This document shows, piece by piece, positions 1 to 12,377 of a DNA stretch of 64,000 bases (positions are counted from its first letter, which is position 1; the number at the start of each line of letters is the position of its first letter). The stretch comes from an uncultured Verrucomicrobiae bacterium (GTDB lineage Bacteria; Verrucomicrobiota; Verrucomicrobiia; Chthoniobacterales; JAFAMB01). The notes beneath the pieces were generated by a model. The model had not been told where the DNA came from, made no database searches, and saw only the letters and a program-made list of their open reading frames with translations. Made by a program: the position numbers and the translations under genes. The stretch lies in the NCBI GenBank assembly GCA_963813025.1, contig CAWEXO010000014.1, forward strand, positions 1-64,000. The letters run 5' to 3'.

Positions 1-355
1 GTGCCTTTCCCGGTTGCGCCATGAGCGACCGCGTCCCCGCCCTCAGAGCGAGCGATCTCCACCATTCGTTTCGCGATCAAGGGTCGGGCAATATGGACGA
101 GGTAATATTGATGTTCATAAAGCGCCGAGGCTTGGAACATCGGAAAAATGAAATCGCGCGCAAATTCCTCGCGAAGATCGTCGACGTAACATTTGCTGGC
201 TCCGGTTTCAGCGCTTTCTTTTCCAAACCAACCAGTTCCTCTTCCTGGCCGATATCAGCGCAAAAAGCGATCACCTCAGGCGAGTAGGTACTTTTGAGCC
301 AACTCAGGATCACCGAGGTATCCAAACCACCCGAGTACGCGACGACGATCTTCAT
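1..355 (-). CDS. argG: Argininosuccinate synthase, 5' part (frameshifted, runs off window start)
   Basis: [15 protein letters not shown]-terminal motif; another frame downstream reads [15 protein letters not shown]...VAHGATGKG; indels near 100 and 200. Confidence 0.92.
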
Positions 356-478
356 TGGCGAAGCAATAATGCCGGGAGATAGAAGCAGTCAATGCAACAG
401 GGACTAGGTGCAGTGATCAGGTGGATTTGAGCGGCGGGAGCGGTGGGAGCGGGTTCAGCGGCGGGAGGTAGCTGGTCA

Positions 479-643
479 GCTCTCACAGCGCGCGCGTCGT
501 GGTGTCGCAAGCTGCACCGGCTCGCGCGCGCGGTAATCATTTTCGATGAGGTGCAAGCCTCCGGTTCACCGCTTGCGCCATGTGTGGCTGTCATGAAGGC
601 GCTAGTGCAAGTTCGATGGACGCTGGTGCTCTGCACCGCCACA
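479..643 (+). pseudogene. cas3: Isolated fragment of CRISPR-associated helicase Cas3 (type I-C-like), helicase motifs II-III
   Basis: Translation ARASWCRKLHRLARAVIIFDEVQ...LAPCVAVMKALV...TLVLCTAT matches the RKLHxxxxsVIIxDExQ...VLCTAT signature. Confidence 0.75.
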
Positions 644-660
644 GTGCGCGGATCAGGACT

Positions 661-1150
661 CTATTTGCTGCTCGGGGTGGTGGTCGGGGACGGTGTCGCG
701 GCCGGTTCTGGGGTTATGTTCGAGGTCAGCGTTGGGATCTTCCAATCATCGCCCTCACGAATCACTGACCAGTATCCCTTGATTTGTTTGGATCCGTTCC
801 TTGCCCTGGATAGCCGTACTCCATTCTCCGGTCGCCCACAGCATTTGCTTTGCCAGCCGTGCTTATGTTATGAGGGGAATCCTGATCGACTGTGATGACA
901 TGGTCGCTGAAAAGTACGGTTCTGAAACAGGTCTGCATACCACTTCTCGATGGTCTGCCGACCATTAACTGGCCCTCTGTCCGTTACATAGATCGCGTCC
1001 TCCGTGAAGAGCGCGGCGGCGGCAGCGGCATCGTTTTTGTTCATTGCATCGGCATGTTTCGCAATGACCGCGATAAGCTGATGGCGTAGTTGTGGATCGG
1101 GCGTGTTTGTTTGTTGGGCAAATATCGACAAAGCAAAGCGAGTCCCAATC
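661..1150 (-). pseudogene. NTF2/SnoaL-like (DUF4440-type) protein, multiply frameshifted
   Basis: AMNKNDAAAAAALFTEDAIYVTDRGPVNGRQTIEKWY, continuing in shifted frames as WATGEWS...KGYWSVIREGDDWKI...TPEPAATPSPTTTPSSK*. Confidence 0.75.
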
Positions 1151-1269
1151 CTACTCAGGCGCGGATGAGGCTTTTCACAAGCTATCATTCTACTTTTTGG
1201 GAATCGACTCATTGTCGTACGTCGCGAGCAAGATGTCCTGACAGTTCGCTGCGGCAACGAATGTCTCCA

Positions 1270-1826
1270 TTGTACGCATCTGTCTCGTTTTCGCGTCCCT
1301 TTTGGATCACAGTTGGCCTCGTATTTTCTTTCCGCCAGAATGGCACCACGGTAACTGTGGTCCCTCCATTGTTCCTGAGATTTCGGCATTTGGACCTAAT
1401 CGATACGCACCCGGCCCTTGTCGCTGCCTATGTTACCGTCGATATGCCTTTCGCAATCTGGATGATAAAAATCTTTTCAATGAAATTCCCGCCGAACTCG
1501 ATGAGGCCGCATTGCTGGACGGATGTTCACGGTTTCATGCTTTCATACGCATAATACTGCCCCTTGCCGGGCCCGGGCTGACCGCGACTGCAACCATTTC
1601 TTTCATATTCTCCTGGAACGAGTTCCTTCCAGGCGCTCTTCTTTCTCACGAATTCCATGCTCGAACGTTACCGGTGGCCGCTTCAGCTCTGATGACGGAT
1701 CGCATGGTGCTCTGGGGAGAACTATGTGCCACGTCGATAATAATTTATCTTCCTGTAATGCTCTTTGCGTTGCTTGTTCGTAACTATCTGGTTAAGGGGC
1801 TTACCTTAGGAGCGGTAAACCAATGA
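1270..1826 (+). pseudogene. Carbohydrate ABC transporter permease (MalG-type), 5'-truncated and frameshifted
   Basis: EAA loop EIPAELDEAALLDGCS and FSWNEF motif; frameshift near 1470. Confidence 0.85.
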
Positions 1827-2303
1827 TGCAGCATCAAGAGCCAGGTTTTCGGGACAAGCAAATCGCATCTTTTGGTCCACTCGCTCTTTAGAGGTGCTCG
1901 AGGGTACTCGGATTCAGAAGTCGTTCGTTTGTGGAACGAAACTGGATTTCCAATCGGTCAGCATCATCCAAATAGAGCGTGAGCCCAGGCCGTGAGTGAC
2001 AAGCCTGCCGTTCAACCAGTGCAGTGCTATTTCTAGCATTTCTCGCTGCCGCCCAAGCTTTTGGGAACGATGTCTTTAATCTGACGATTGGTCATGGAGG
2101 GCAACCGGGTCAGGACATCGTGTAGGTAACGGCAGGGTTCGACCCCGTGACGTTGACAGCTTTCAAGGTCGAATCGTTAAGCGGGAATGGTCACGAAGGG
2201 CGAGGATAACATCCAAATCCGACTGATTATCTAAAAGCGAGTTCCCGCCCTGCGGGCGCATTTTCTGATTAAATTCGGGCTTAAGACCGAGCCGCTTTGA
2301 GCC

Positions 2304-5300
2304 TTGGCATCTCAAGAAACACAGGTTAGGACAATGTGGATGCGCAGCTTTGATGACCCCGTTTCGGCGCGGCCGGAGGTGCAACTGTTGTCGAACGGCA
2401 GGTATCATACTGTCGTCACTACTTTCGGGGGTGGCTATAGTCGTAAGGCCGATTTGGCCGTGACCCGTTGGCGCGAAGATGCAACGCGCGATTGTTGGGG
2501 AACATTTATTTACCTCCGCGATATCTCGACGGGCGAATATTGGTCCGCTGCTCATCAACCCACGTTGCGCGTCAGCGAGCAAAACCAAGTGATCTTTACC
2601 GCAGCAACGGCCGAGTTTCGGCGCCGTCAAAGCGGCTTGGACTCGGTGCTGCAGATCTGGGTTTCGCCGGTAGACGATGCGGAAGTGCGCCACGTAATTC
2701 TGACGAATCATTCCAATATCCAGCGGTCGATCGAACTAACCAGCTACGCAGAAGTGGTTCTGACAAGTTTCGGAGCAGACTGGGCGCACCCGGTTTTCAG
2801 CAACCTTTTTGTGCAAACAGAATTTGCGCTGTCCTATCCAGCGATACTGGCGAGTCGACGGCCGCGGTCGGAAGCAGAAGCACGCTCCTGGTTGTTTCAC
2901 GGGATGACCGGAGGAGAGAACCACGCTCAAGCTGAAATCTCCTACGAAACGGATCGCGCCAGGTTTATTGGCCGGGGACGGACACCAATCAATCCAGCCG
3001 CCCTCCAGACGGGAACGCCATTGTCTAATACCGTCGGTTCCGTGCTCGATCCCATCGTGTCGCTCCGGCGCACGTTCGAGCTGGCTCCGAATCAAACGAT
3101 CGCAGTGAGTTTCGTTCTAGGTGTAACCGACAGCCGAGGCGGCGCTCTGGCGCTTGCCGAAAAGTATGGAGAGCGCGCAACGATCGACCAAAGTCTGGAA
3201 CTCGCCCGATCCAACGCGTCTTTTGGTGAATCGGGGGCGACTGACTGGGATTTGTATTCGCGCCTAGCCGGTGCGTTGATCTATATCGATCCTGCCTTAC
3301 GGGCGACTCGCGACGTGCTGCTCCGGAACCAGCGCGGGCAAACCGCTCTTTGGGCCTACGGTATTTCCGGCGACTTTCCGATAGTTTTCTTGCAGGTCGG
3401 TGATCCATCCAGAGTAGACATCGTTCGAGATCTGGTCCGAGCCCACCGGTACTGGCAAATCCACGGCTTAAAGGCGGATCTAATTCTCTTGATCGACGGT
3501 GACGCAGCTATTTCGAGTGACTTGCACGATCAAGTTACACGTTTGATCACTGCCGAACAGCGGGCGGAGGCGCTGGAAAAACCGGGTGGCATCTTCGTGT
3601 GCGCCAGGGAGCGAGTTTCCGACGAGGATCTGGTCTTGTTCGAGTCGTGCGCCCGCATCGTCTTGACGAACGCGAATGGCACTGTGGCTGAACAATTGGC
3701 TCGAGCCGAAAGCTCTTCTGAAAATGTCCCCATTCCTCCAATCCAGTCGATTCGCCCCGCGTTGCCGGAAAAGGATCAGGATGTCACGTCAAGTGAGCTG
3801 GTTTTTCACAACGGGTTAGGCGGGTTCACCGCGGACGGCCAGGAATATGTCCTCACGCTGCGACCTGGCCAGACCACTCCTGCTCCCTGGGTCAATGTCA
3901 TCGCTAATCCCGGTTTCGGGACGGTGATCTCCGAAAGTGGGAGTGGCTACACCTGGGCAGAAAATTCGCACGAGTTTCGACTGACGCCCTGGAACAATGA
4001 TCCGGTCACCGACACCGGTGGCGAGGCCCTTTATATTCGAGATGATGAGAGCGGACAGTTTTGGTCGCCCACGCCTCTACCGGTACCGGGTACAAGCTCC
4101 TATGTCATTCGGCACGGGTTCGGTTACTCGGTTTTCGAACACGTTGAGGACGGGATTGCTTCTGAATTTACGGTTTACGTAGCGCTGACTGCGCCGATAA
4201 AGTTCATGGTTCTTAAATTGCGGAATGTCTCGGGCCGCTCACGCCGAATGTCTGTTTTCGGCTTTTGGGAATGGGTCCTCGGCGATCTGCGGCAGAAAAG
4301 TTTGCTGCACGTTCAGACGGCACCGGACAGCGGTGCCTTGCTCGCGCGGAATTTCTATAATAGCGATTTTTCCGGGTGGATTGCCTTCGTTGATGTCGAT
4401 GATCCCACCCACAGTTTAAGCGGTGACCGACGGGAATTCCTGGGCCAAAATAGTAGCCTATCAGCACCGGCGGCGCTAATGCGAGAGCGGCTTTCTAATC
4501 GAACGGGTGCCGGGTTGGACCCGTGCGGAGCGCTGCAGGTCAGCTTTGTTTTAGCACACCAGCAAGAGAGGCAAATCCCGTTCCGGTTGGGAGCAGGGCG
4601 TGGCCAATCGGAGGTGGAGGATCTGATTACTCGTTTCCGCGGTCCCGAGTCGGCCAGGTCTGAGCTCGACCAAGTAGTAAAATATTGGCAACAGACCCTG
4701 GGCGCGGTGCAGCTGGAGACACCGGATCGCTCGGTGGACTTCATGGTCAACGGTTGGCTGCCGTACCAGATCCTGAGCGCTCGCCTTTGGGGCCGCACCG
4801 GTTTCTATCAATCGGGAGGGGCGTTTGGATTCAGGGATCAGCTGCAGGATGTCATGGCGCTGGTGCATGCCGAGCCCGGTTTGGTTCGCGAACATCTGCT
4901 ACGCGCAGCGGCTTTCCAATTCCGGGAAGGCGATGTGGAGCATTGGTGGCACCCGCCTTCCGGACGCGGGGTGCGGACCCGTACTTCGGACGATTATCTT
5001 TGGTTGCCCTACGTCACCTGCCGTTATGTAACCTGTGTGGGTGATCATGCCGTTCTGAATGAACGGATCTCATTCCTTGAAGGCCGGCTGTTGCAGCCGG
5101 AGGAAGAATCGTATTACGATCTGCCGAAATGTTCGGAGGAGTCCGCGACGCTCTACGAGCATTGTGTTCGCGCGATCGAACACGGACTGCGATTCGGGGT
5201 ACACGGACTGCCCCTCATGGGTAGCTGTGACTGGAACGACGGCATGAACCTGGTCGGAATCGGTGGACGTGGCGAGAGCGTCTGGCTAGCCCTTTTCATG

Positions 5301-6200
5301 TGCGACGTGCTCACCCGTTTCGCGGACGTCGCTCAAAGCCGCGAGGACACCGTTTTCGCCGAACGTTGCCGAGTGCAAGCGAGACAATTGCAGGAGCAGA
5401 TTGAACAGCACGGTTGGGACGGTCAATGGTACCGGCGCGCCTATTTTGATAACGGTGAGCCGCTTGGCTCACATCTGAACTCCGAGTGCCAGATCGATTC
5501 TTTACCGCAAAGTTGGTCGGCGATCAGCGGGGCCGGCGACCCGGAGCGGGTTCGCGAGGCCATGGAATCGGTCAACGCGCGTCTCGTGCGGCGAGAAGCC
5601 AAGCTCATTCAATTGTTGGATCCCCCCTTCGATCAAGCGCCGCTCAATCCAGGTTACATCAAAGGCTATGTTCCGGGTGTCCGCGAAAACGGTGGCCAAT
5701 ACACGCACGCCGCCGTCTGGACCACCATGGCGTTTGCGCTTCTGGGGGCGCATGAGCGAGCCTGGGAACTCGTCTCTCTGCTAAATCCCATCCAACACGC
5801 AACGACTCCTGGCCAGGTCGCAACCTACAAAGTAGAACCATATGTCATCGCCGCCGATGTTTACTGGGTGCCGCCGCATACCGGTCGTGGCGGCTGGACT
5901 TGGTACACCGGCTCGGCTGGTTGGATGTACCGGCTACTAATCGAAACGCTGCTCGGCCTGAACCTGGAAGGTAATCGCTTGCGTTTACAACCGCGGGTTC
6001 CATCTAATTGGACAGGCTATAAAATCCGCTACCGATATCAACAATCGACCTATGAGATCGCTCTGGCCCCATCGGACGATCCGCAGCCAGGTCTGGGTGA
6101 GCTGGTGCTCGACGGAGAAAGACAAACCGATTTAACATTTCCGTTGGTTAACGACGGGCACCTCCATCAAGTTGAAGTTACGTTACCGATTTTACGGTAA
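2304..6200 (+). CDS. GH94 glycoside phosphorylase resembling the C-terminal region of cyclic beta-1,2-glucan synthase (NdvB/Cgs)
   Basis: 1298 aa; LLSNGRY, HPVFSNLFVQTE, PAPWVNVIAN, YQSGGAFGFRDQLQD, DWNDGMN, RENGGQYTHAA, WTWYTGSAGW. Confidence 0.92.
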   Translation: MASQETQVRTMWMRSFDDPVSARPEVQLLSNGRYHTVVTTFGGGYSRKADLAVTRWREDATRDCWGTFIYLRDISTGEYWSAAHQPTLRVSEQNQVIFTAATAEFRRRQSGLDSVLQIWVSPVDDAEVRHVILTNHSNIQRSIELTSYAEVVLTSFGADWAHPVFSNLFVQTEFALSYPAILASRRPRSEAEARSWLFHGMTGGENHAQAEISYETDRARFIGRGRTPINPAALQTGTPLSNTVGSVLDPIVSLRRTFELAPNQTIAVSFVLGVTDSRGGALALAEKYGERATIDQSLELARSNASFGESGATDWDLYSRLAGALIYIDPALRATRDVLLRNQRGQTALWAYGISGDFPIVFLQVGDPSRVDIVRDLVRAHRYWQIHGLKADLILLIDGDAAISSDLHDQVTRLITAEQRAEALEKPGGIFVCARERVSDEDLVLFESCARIVLTNANGTVAEQLARAESSSENVPIPPIQSIRPALPEKDQDVTSSELVFHNGLGGFTADGQEYVLTLRPGQTTPAPWVNVIANPGFGTVISESGSGYTWAENSHEFRLTPWNNDPVTDTGGEALYIRDDESGQFWSPTPLPVPGTSSYVIRHGFGYSVFEHVEDGIASEFTVYVALTAPIKFMVLKLRNVSGRSRRMSVFGFWEWVLGDLRQKSLLHVQTAPDSGALLARNFYNSDFSGWIAFVDVDDPTHSLSGDRREFLGQNSSLSAPAALMRERLSNRTGAGLDPCGALQVSFVLAHQQERQIPFRLGAGRGQSEVEDLITRFRGPESARSELDQVVKYWQQTLGAVQLETPDRSVDFMVNGWLPYQILSARLWGRTGFYQSGGAFGFRDQLQDVMALVHAEPGLVREHLLRAAAFQFREGDVEHWWHPPSGRGVRTRTSDDYLWLPYVTCRYVTCVGDHAVLNERISFLEGRLLQPEEESYYDLPKCSEESATLYEHCVRAIEHGLRFGVHGLPLMGSCDWNDGMNLVGIGGRGESVWLALFMCDVLTRFADVAQSREDTVFAERCRVQARQLQEQIEQHGWDGQWYRRAYFDNGEPLGSHLNSECQIDSLPQSWSAISGAGDPERVREAMESVNARLVRREAKLIQLLDPPFDQAPLNPGYIKGYVPGVRENGGQYTHAAVWTTMAFALLGAHERAWELVSLLNPIQHATTPGQVATYKVEPYVIAADVYWVPPHTGRGGWTWYTGSAGWMYRLLIETLLGLNLEGNRLRLQPRVPSNWTGYKIRYRYQQSTYEIALAPSDDPQPGLGELVLDGERQTDLTFPLVNDGHLHQVEVTLPILR

Positions 6201-6266
6201 ATTGCTGCAATTATCTTTCTTGAGGACGGCAACCGGGTCGGTGGGGACGGGGGTGAGGACTAACCT

Positions 6267-6386
6267 CAAGCGGCTTCCTACCAGTGGAAAGTAAATTTGT
6301 TGGAATGGAAGTGCAGGAAGCGCGGCGCTTACGCGCTGGAAGACGAGAACGGGCGACTGGAACGGGTGGTAGCTGACCAAATTTTC
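6267..6386 (+). mobile_element. Degenerate IS3-family (IS407-like) orfA fragment
   Basis: With two 1-nt slips reads [33 protein letters not shown], typical of IS3 OrfA. Confidence 0.65.
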
Positions 6387-6509
6387 TCACGAGTTTTCCA
6401 CGGTCGTGATTGCATCCGCTCCGCAGCCTGACCGTTTTTGCACGCTTTCCAGACCTCTTCGCACGCTTGCCTTGCGCGCCGGGACGGGATCGGCGGCAGG
6501 CTTCGCAAG

Positions 6510-7476
6510 GGGACCGCGTAGCAGGCGACCCGCCGGCCCGAGCCAAGCGTGGTCAGCACGGGATGGGCTTGGTGGCAAATATCCATCGCCAGCGGACAGC
6601 GCGGGTGGAAGCGGCACCCTGATGGCGGCGCGGCCAGACTCGGCGGAGTTCCCGACAGCGCCTTCTTCGGTGTAAGGTCGCCGATCCGCGACAAGCTGGC
6701 GACCAGATGCTGGGTGTAGGATGCATTGGATCGTGAAGGATGTCGCGGGTAGGACCTTCCTCGAGCAATCGTCCAGCATACATTATGCCCAGCCGGTTGG
6801 AGATATTGGCGTGGACCGTCAGATCATGTGTCACGAAGATCATCGAAGAGCCGATCTCGCGCTTCGTTTCGAGGATCAGCGCCAACACATCCTTCCGGAC
6901 CACGACGTCGAGCGCCGTTGTCGGCTCGTCGGCGATGATGAATTCAGGGCGGCACACGGTGGCAAGCACGATGGCGACACGCTGGCGCATGCCGCCCGAA
7001 AGCTCGTGGGGAAAAGCGGAAAGCACCGACGGCGAAAGGTGAAGGCGTTCGAGATGCTGGTTCACGACGTCGAAGAATCCCAAGCGGGCGAGTCCCATGT
7101 GCGGAAAGGCAAAGTCCTTGAACGATTCGCGGACGCGCCGGACAGGGTTGAGCACGTTCATCGAGCCCTGGAGAATGCAGGAGAGGTGCTTCCAGCGGAT
7201 GCCGGCTAGCGCCCTTTCGTCGAGGTCGTAAAGGTCGCGATCGAGGAAGCTGTACTTGATGGAGCCTCCGAGAACGCGGAGCGGCGGACGGATAGCGGCG
7301 GCAATGGTTCTGATGAAGGTCGACTTGCCGCAACTCGACTCGCCGGCGATCCCGTAGATCTCCTTCTTCAAAACCGACAGCGTTGTGTCGTCGACGGCGC
7401 GCACCTCGCGCTCGATGCCGAAATAGCTCATCATATAATAGGCGCGGAGACCCCGGACTGACAGCGCGACATCCAT
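6510..7476 (-). CDS. Oligopeptide/oligosaccharide ABC transporter ATP-binding subunit (OppD/DppD type), frameshifted near 6710
   Basis: Walker [30 protein letters not shown]-terminal GCRFHPRCP...RVACY; 3' end approximate. Confidence 0.88.
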
Positions 7477-7480
7477 CAGC

Positions 7481-7772
7481 TCAGACTCCCATGCGGGCAA
7501 GCCGGCTGCGCGATCGATGAATTCGTTCATCGAGACCGAAAGCAGGAACCGTCCGATGAAGGTCATGATCACCGTTGCCACCGGGGCCAGCACCCCCACC
7601 AGATTCCCGCCACCATGGCCGTGTGCTGGTTTGCCCAATAAATCATCGTCCGGATGGTTGGTGTCTCGATATTGGTAAGTCCAATGACCGACAGCGTTAC
7701 CTCCAGCCCAATAGACCAATTAATGTTGTTCATCGTCGTCGAGAAGACGATTGGTAAAACGTAGGGCAAATG
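7481..7772 (-). pseudogene. C-terminal fragment of an OppC-type ABC permease
   Basis: [10 protein letters not shown]...[12 protein letters not shown]...MIYWA...GIWW, directly upstream of the ATPase; 5' part absent. Confidence 0.7.
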
Positions 7773-8068
7773 CCCGGATCGGCGCCGTCGTGAACCTGAA
7801 AGGTCGAAGATTATTATCCTTCGGGGAAACGGTTTTTGCTCCGCACCGGTATCACGAATTTTCTGGAAAATGACGGCACTCTTGAAGCCGCTCAACGCAT
7901 CGCCGGCCATGCAGACAGCCGGACCACGAAACTCTATGACCGCCGCGGTCAGAAGGTGCTCCTGGAGGATATGGAGAGGATTCGGTATTGAAAATGCGTG
8001 TTAGGATTTCGGCGGTGACAGCTTACAGCTAACCCTGTGACGAAGCCAACCCGCGACGATCGAGCTAT

Positions 8069-8556
8069 ATGACACAGGAAGACCCGGATCTAACCTTAGT
8101 TCAGGCGCTGAAAGTCGGCGAGGATCAGGCGCTAAACGCATTGATGGATCGGCACCGGGAGGGGGTTATTTCGTTTCGTGTTGCGTCATGTACACAACGA
8201 AGCTGATGCGCTGGAACTGGCCATGGAGACTTTTGTTCGGGCTTACTTCAACATCGAAAAATTTCGGGCCGGCGGCCAAGTTCGCAACGTGGTTGTACCA
8301 TATCGCATTGAATCTCTGCCGCGATCACTTGAAAAGCCGAGCTTACCAGGATTCCTTCCAGACGGTATCCTTTTACGCTCCTACCGAGGAAGGTGGCGAC
8401 CCAAGTCTGCTTCTGGCGACGGAGGGCAGGCCGGACCAAAAAACTGACCGGCTCGAAGAATTAATCGCTCTGGAAAAGGCTATCGGTGAACTGCCCGAAG
8501 AGCTCAAAAACGCATTCATCTTAACAACTTTGGAAGACCGACAGCACGTCGAAACC
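8069..8556 (+). pseudogene. ECF sigma-70 factor, frameshifted and truncated in region 4
   Basis: Frames join to DLTLVQAL..G..ALNALMDRH..LFRFVLR...ADALELAMETFVRAY...KFATWLYHIALNLCRD...LEKAIGELPEELKNAFIL. Confidence 0.8.
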
Positions 8557-8952
8557 GTCGCAATCTGCATTTATTCGCAGCTCCGCAGTTTCTCGTCTTC
8601 GGAGGTGGCAGCAATGATTGAAGGCCTGGTTCGCCACGACACCGAGATGCGAGTCGAGAAAAACTTCGTGGATTCGCACGGGCAGTCCGAAGTGGCGTTG
8701 GCCTTCCGTCATCTGCTGGGGACGGTTCGCCTAATGCCGCGGCTCAAACCTATCAAGTATGAACGCCTCTATTTGCCCGCTAAAGGGATGGTTGGAGAAT
8801 TCCCAAACCTGACCGGTGTGCTTACTCGCCCTATCCGCGGGGATCTCATCACCCAGCAGTACGACGAGATGGTGAAGGCCGCGGTGGCCCTCAAAGATGG
8901 CACGGCGACGGCGGAGGCTATCTTAAGGCGATTCAACTCCTACAATGGGTAG
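8557..8952 (+). mobile_element. Tn3-family transposase internal (DDE domain) fragment
   Basis: CIYSQLRSFSSSEVAAMIEGLVRHDTEM...VDSHGQSEVALAF...LMPRLK...QQYDEMVK. Confidence 0.85.
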
Positions 8953-9333
8953 TGTCGCTTTTTTGTGTGTGGGGTCGATTTCTTTCAGTAATAACTTGAC
9001 TCGTTGCCCCGATCCCGGAACGAACAACAAACTGGCGCCCAGACTTATCCATAATCGCCCCGGACCGGCGGGTTGCGAGAATGCCTGGTACAGGTGCGCT
9101 ACGTCGCAGCAGCACGCCGGCCCGGAAAAAGGCGATTGTGGGTAAGTCGCGAGTTGAGGCCACTCGACTCCAGCGCCTATCGTTTGTCTTTCTGGCTTTG
9201 GCAATGATTGGCTTCACGTTTTTCAGATTTCCACGGCAAAGAATCTTTGACCAAATCGAATAGCAAACTGGGTGGCCGCCAGTTTCCAAGTGACCGGGGC
9301 ATTCTTCCACTTTTTGGTAATGTCGCGCAGGTG

Positions 9334-9415
9334 GTAATGGCTTCGGGAAGGCCCTTTAGGCCGTCGATCACTGCCACCAGGATATCCTTTAGCCCACGAT
9401 GGTTAAGTTCGTTGC
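9334..9415 (-). mobile_element. IS256-family transposase fragment
   Basis: NELNHRGLKDILVAVIDGLKGLPEAIT matches the IS256 RG..D.LIAV.DGLKG..EAI motif. Confidence 0.75.
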
Positions 9416-9549
9416 GTGACCTATTACAATTTCACCAGCAACCAATTTTCGGGTTTTCATGGCATCGTCATTCCCGGCACACTTCACGACTCTCCCTACG
9501 TTCTGGATGGTCTGATAGAGAATCAAACCTCTCTCGAACCGAAGCTGCT
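9416..9549 (+). mobile_element. Second, different Tn3-family transposase fragment
   Basis: Manual translation VTYYNFTSNQFSGFHGIVIPGTLHDSPYVLDGLIENQTSLEP; not in the ORF track. Confidence 0.75.
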
Positions 9550-9878
9550 GGGGTGCCAGCAGCAACCGTGTGAAAATTTACTATAGCGTATTCTATGCAA
9601 TGTTGACCGGCCAGTTAGCTCCGGTCAGCGGGTTTTCAGCCCACGTCATTACTTGAAAGGGGTTGTAAGCCCAAACCGCCGAAAATTCCGTCGAGCTGGG
9701 TTTCAGGCTTTTATAGGCTGGTGCAATCCTCGCTTGTTGATGTAGTATTCAGCGCGATGTGATTCGTATAGCCTAGCCTAGTACTTTAGAGAAACGGCGC
9801 CCGGATCAGGCGCTGTCTTTGTGAGACAAACGAATCAAATGACCTTCGTAGTTCCAGAAAGCTAACAGCGGAAAGTAG

Positions 9879-10903
<1,025 letters not shown>

Positions 10904-10945
10904 TCCCGATCCTCAAAATCAGATTCAGAAGACTAAGGTAATCAC

Positions 10946-12333
10946 GTGGCGATGGACAACAAAAACCCTTCTTCCAGAGTCTCAGAGGCCGAACAGGTAA
11001 AAGTAACCCCCCATGATCTTCGTCTTGCAGCCTGGACTTGTTCGCTGGGCAGTGCGCTGGAGTACTATGATTTCGCACTCTACAGCCTTGCCTCGGCTCT
11101 TATTTTTGCGCCGCTGTTTTTCCCTCAGCAGGCGCACGGTCTTGCCCAGATTGAAAGTTTTGGTACCTACTTTATCGGCTTTGCTATACGCCCAGTGGGC
11201 GGCATCATCTTTGGCGCGCTCGGTGATCGGCTCGGCCGAAAGTTCGTGCTGGTGGCCACCGTCGTTTTAATGGGGCTCGCCAGCACCCTGATTGGTGCGC
11301 TACCCCCCTATTCCAGTGTGGGTTACTGGGCTCCGCTCATGCTTATTATTCTGCGCCTGCTGCAGGGCTTGGGAGCTGGTGCCGAGCAGGCCGGGGCGGC
11401 AGTGATGATGACGGAGTATGCACCCCGGGAAAGGCGCGGCTACTTTGCTGCGCTGCCCTTCCTCGGCATCCAGTTGGGTACCGTTCTTGCCTCTCTGGTT
11501 TACTTTATCTCTGCTGGGGGTTAAGGACATCCATCAGACCTGGCTTTGGCGTGTCCATTCCTACTCAGTCTCGTCATTGTTGCTGTCGCGATTTACATGC
11601 GCTTGAACCTTAAGGAATCTCCGACATTCGCCAAGCTGGAAGCCCGTCACCAGACGGCTAAGAACCCGCTGGCCAACCTGCTGAAGAACTCGAGGAAAAC
11701 CGTCGGTCTGGGTATCGGCCTGCGACTAGCCGAAAATGGCGGCTCCTCGATCTATCAGGCTTTAGCGATTAGCTACGTCGTCGGTGTGGTGGGCGTCCCA
11801 GGTTCGGTAGGCTCGCTTTGTCTCATTTTTGCTCCCCTTCTCGGTGCCCTGGTAGTGCCGCTATCGGGTATCCTCACCGACCGTTATGGACGAGTCATTG
11901 TTTATCGCGAGTTCGCGATCTTCCAGTTGCTTATTGCTTTTCCGGTGTGGTGGGTGCTGAGCCTTGGTAACGTCGTTGCCATTATATTGTTATCTCCATC
12001 GCGCTGGCTGTCGGCACGTGGGGCATGTTCGGAGCGCAGGGGGCGCTTTTGCCAGAGTTGTTCGGCGCCAATCACCGTTACATAGGAGTGTCGGTGGCAC
12101 GTGAAGTATCGGCCGTCATTTCCGGTGGCATCGCTCCCCTTGTTGGTTCAGGCATCATTGCTTGGGTGATAAGTCTAAACGGTGGCAATAAAGATGCGGG
12201 GATCTGGGCCTGGATTCCGATTGCAGCCTATTTGGCGCTCCTGACTTTGGGCACGATAGCCACGACCTTTTTCACACCCGAACCCAGAGGCCGCGACCTC
12301 GATGATCTGCGTGATGCAATAGCCGTGAAATAG
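10946..12333 (+). CDS. MFS transporter, metabolite:H+ symporter family, split by frameshifts
   Basis: EYYDFALY, RPVGGIIFGALGDRLGRK, LRLLQGLGAGAE, ESPTF, LPELF; pieces 10946-11524, 11546-12085, 12025-12333. Confidence 0.9.
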
Positions 12334-12377
12334 TTTACGGAAGGAAAAGGTAATCTTGGATCGTTTCCGAGAATACT

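Noticed and set aside
2125..2155. tRNA (GGTTCGACCCC T-loop-like motif)
   Set aside because: No acceptor, D or anticodon stems could be formed around it.
6553..7719. Permease-ATPase fusion suggested by the ORF track
   Set aside because: Caused by frameshifts in the permease remnant, whose own stop is at 7481 just before the ATPase ATG at 7476.
8188..8952. Genuine sigma factor-transposase fusion protein
   Set aside because: Both parts are incomplete and the sigma part is frameshifted upstream; best read as a chance in-frame junction.
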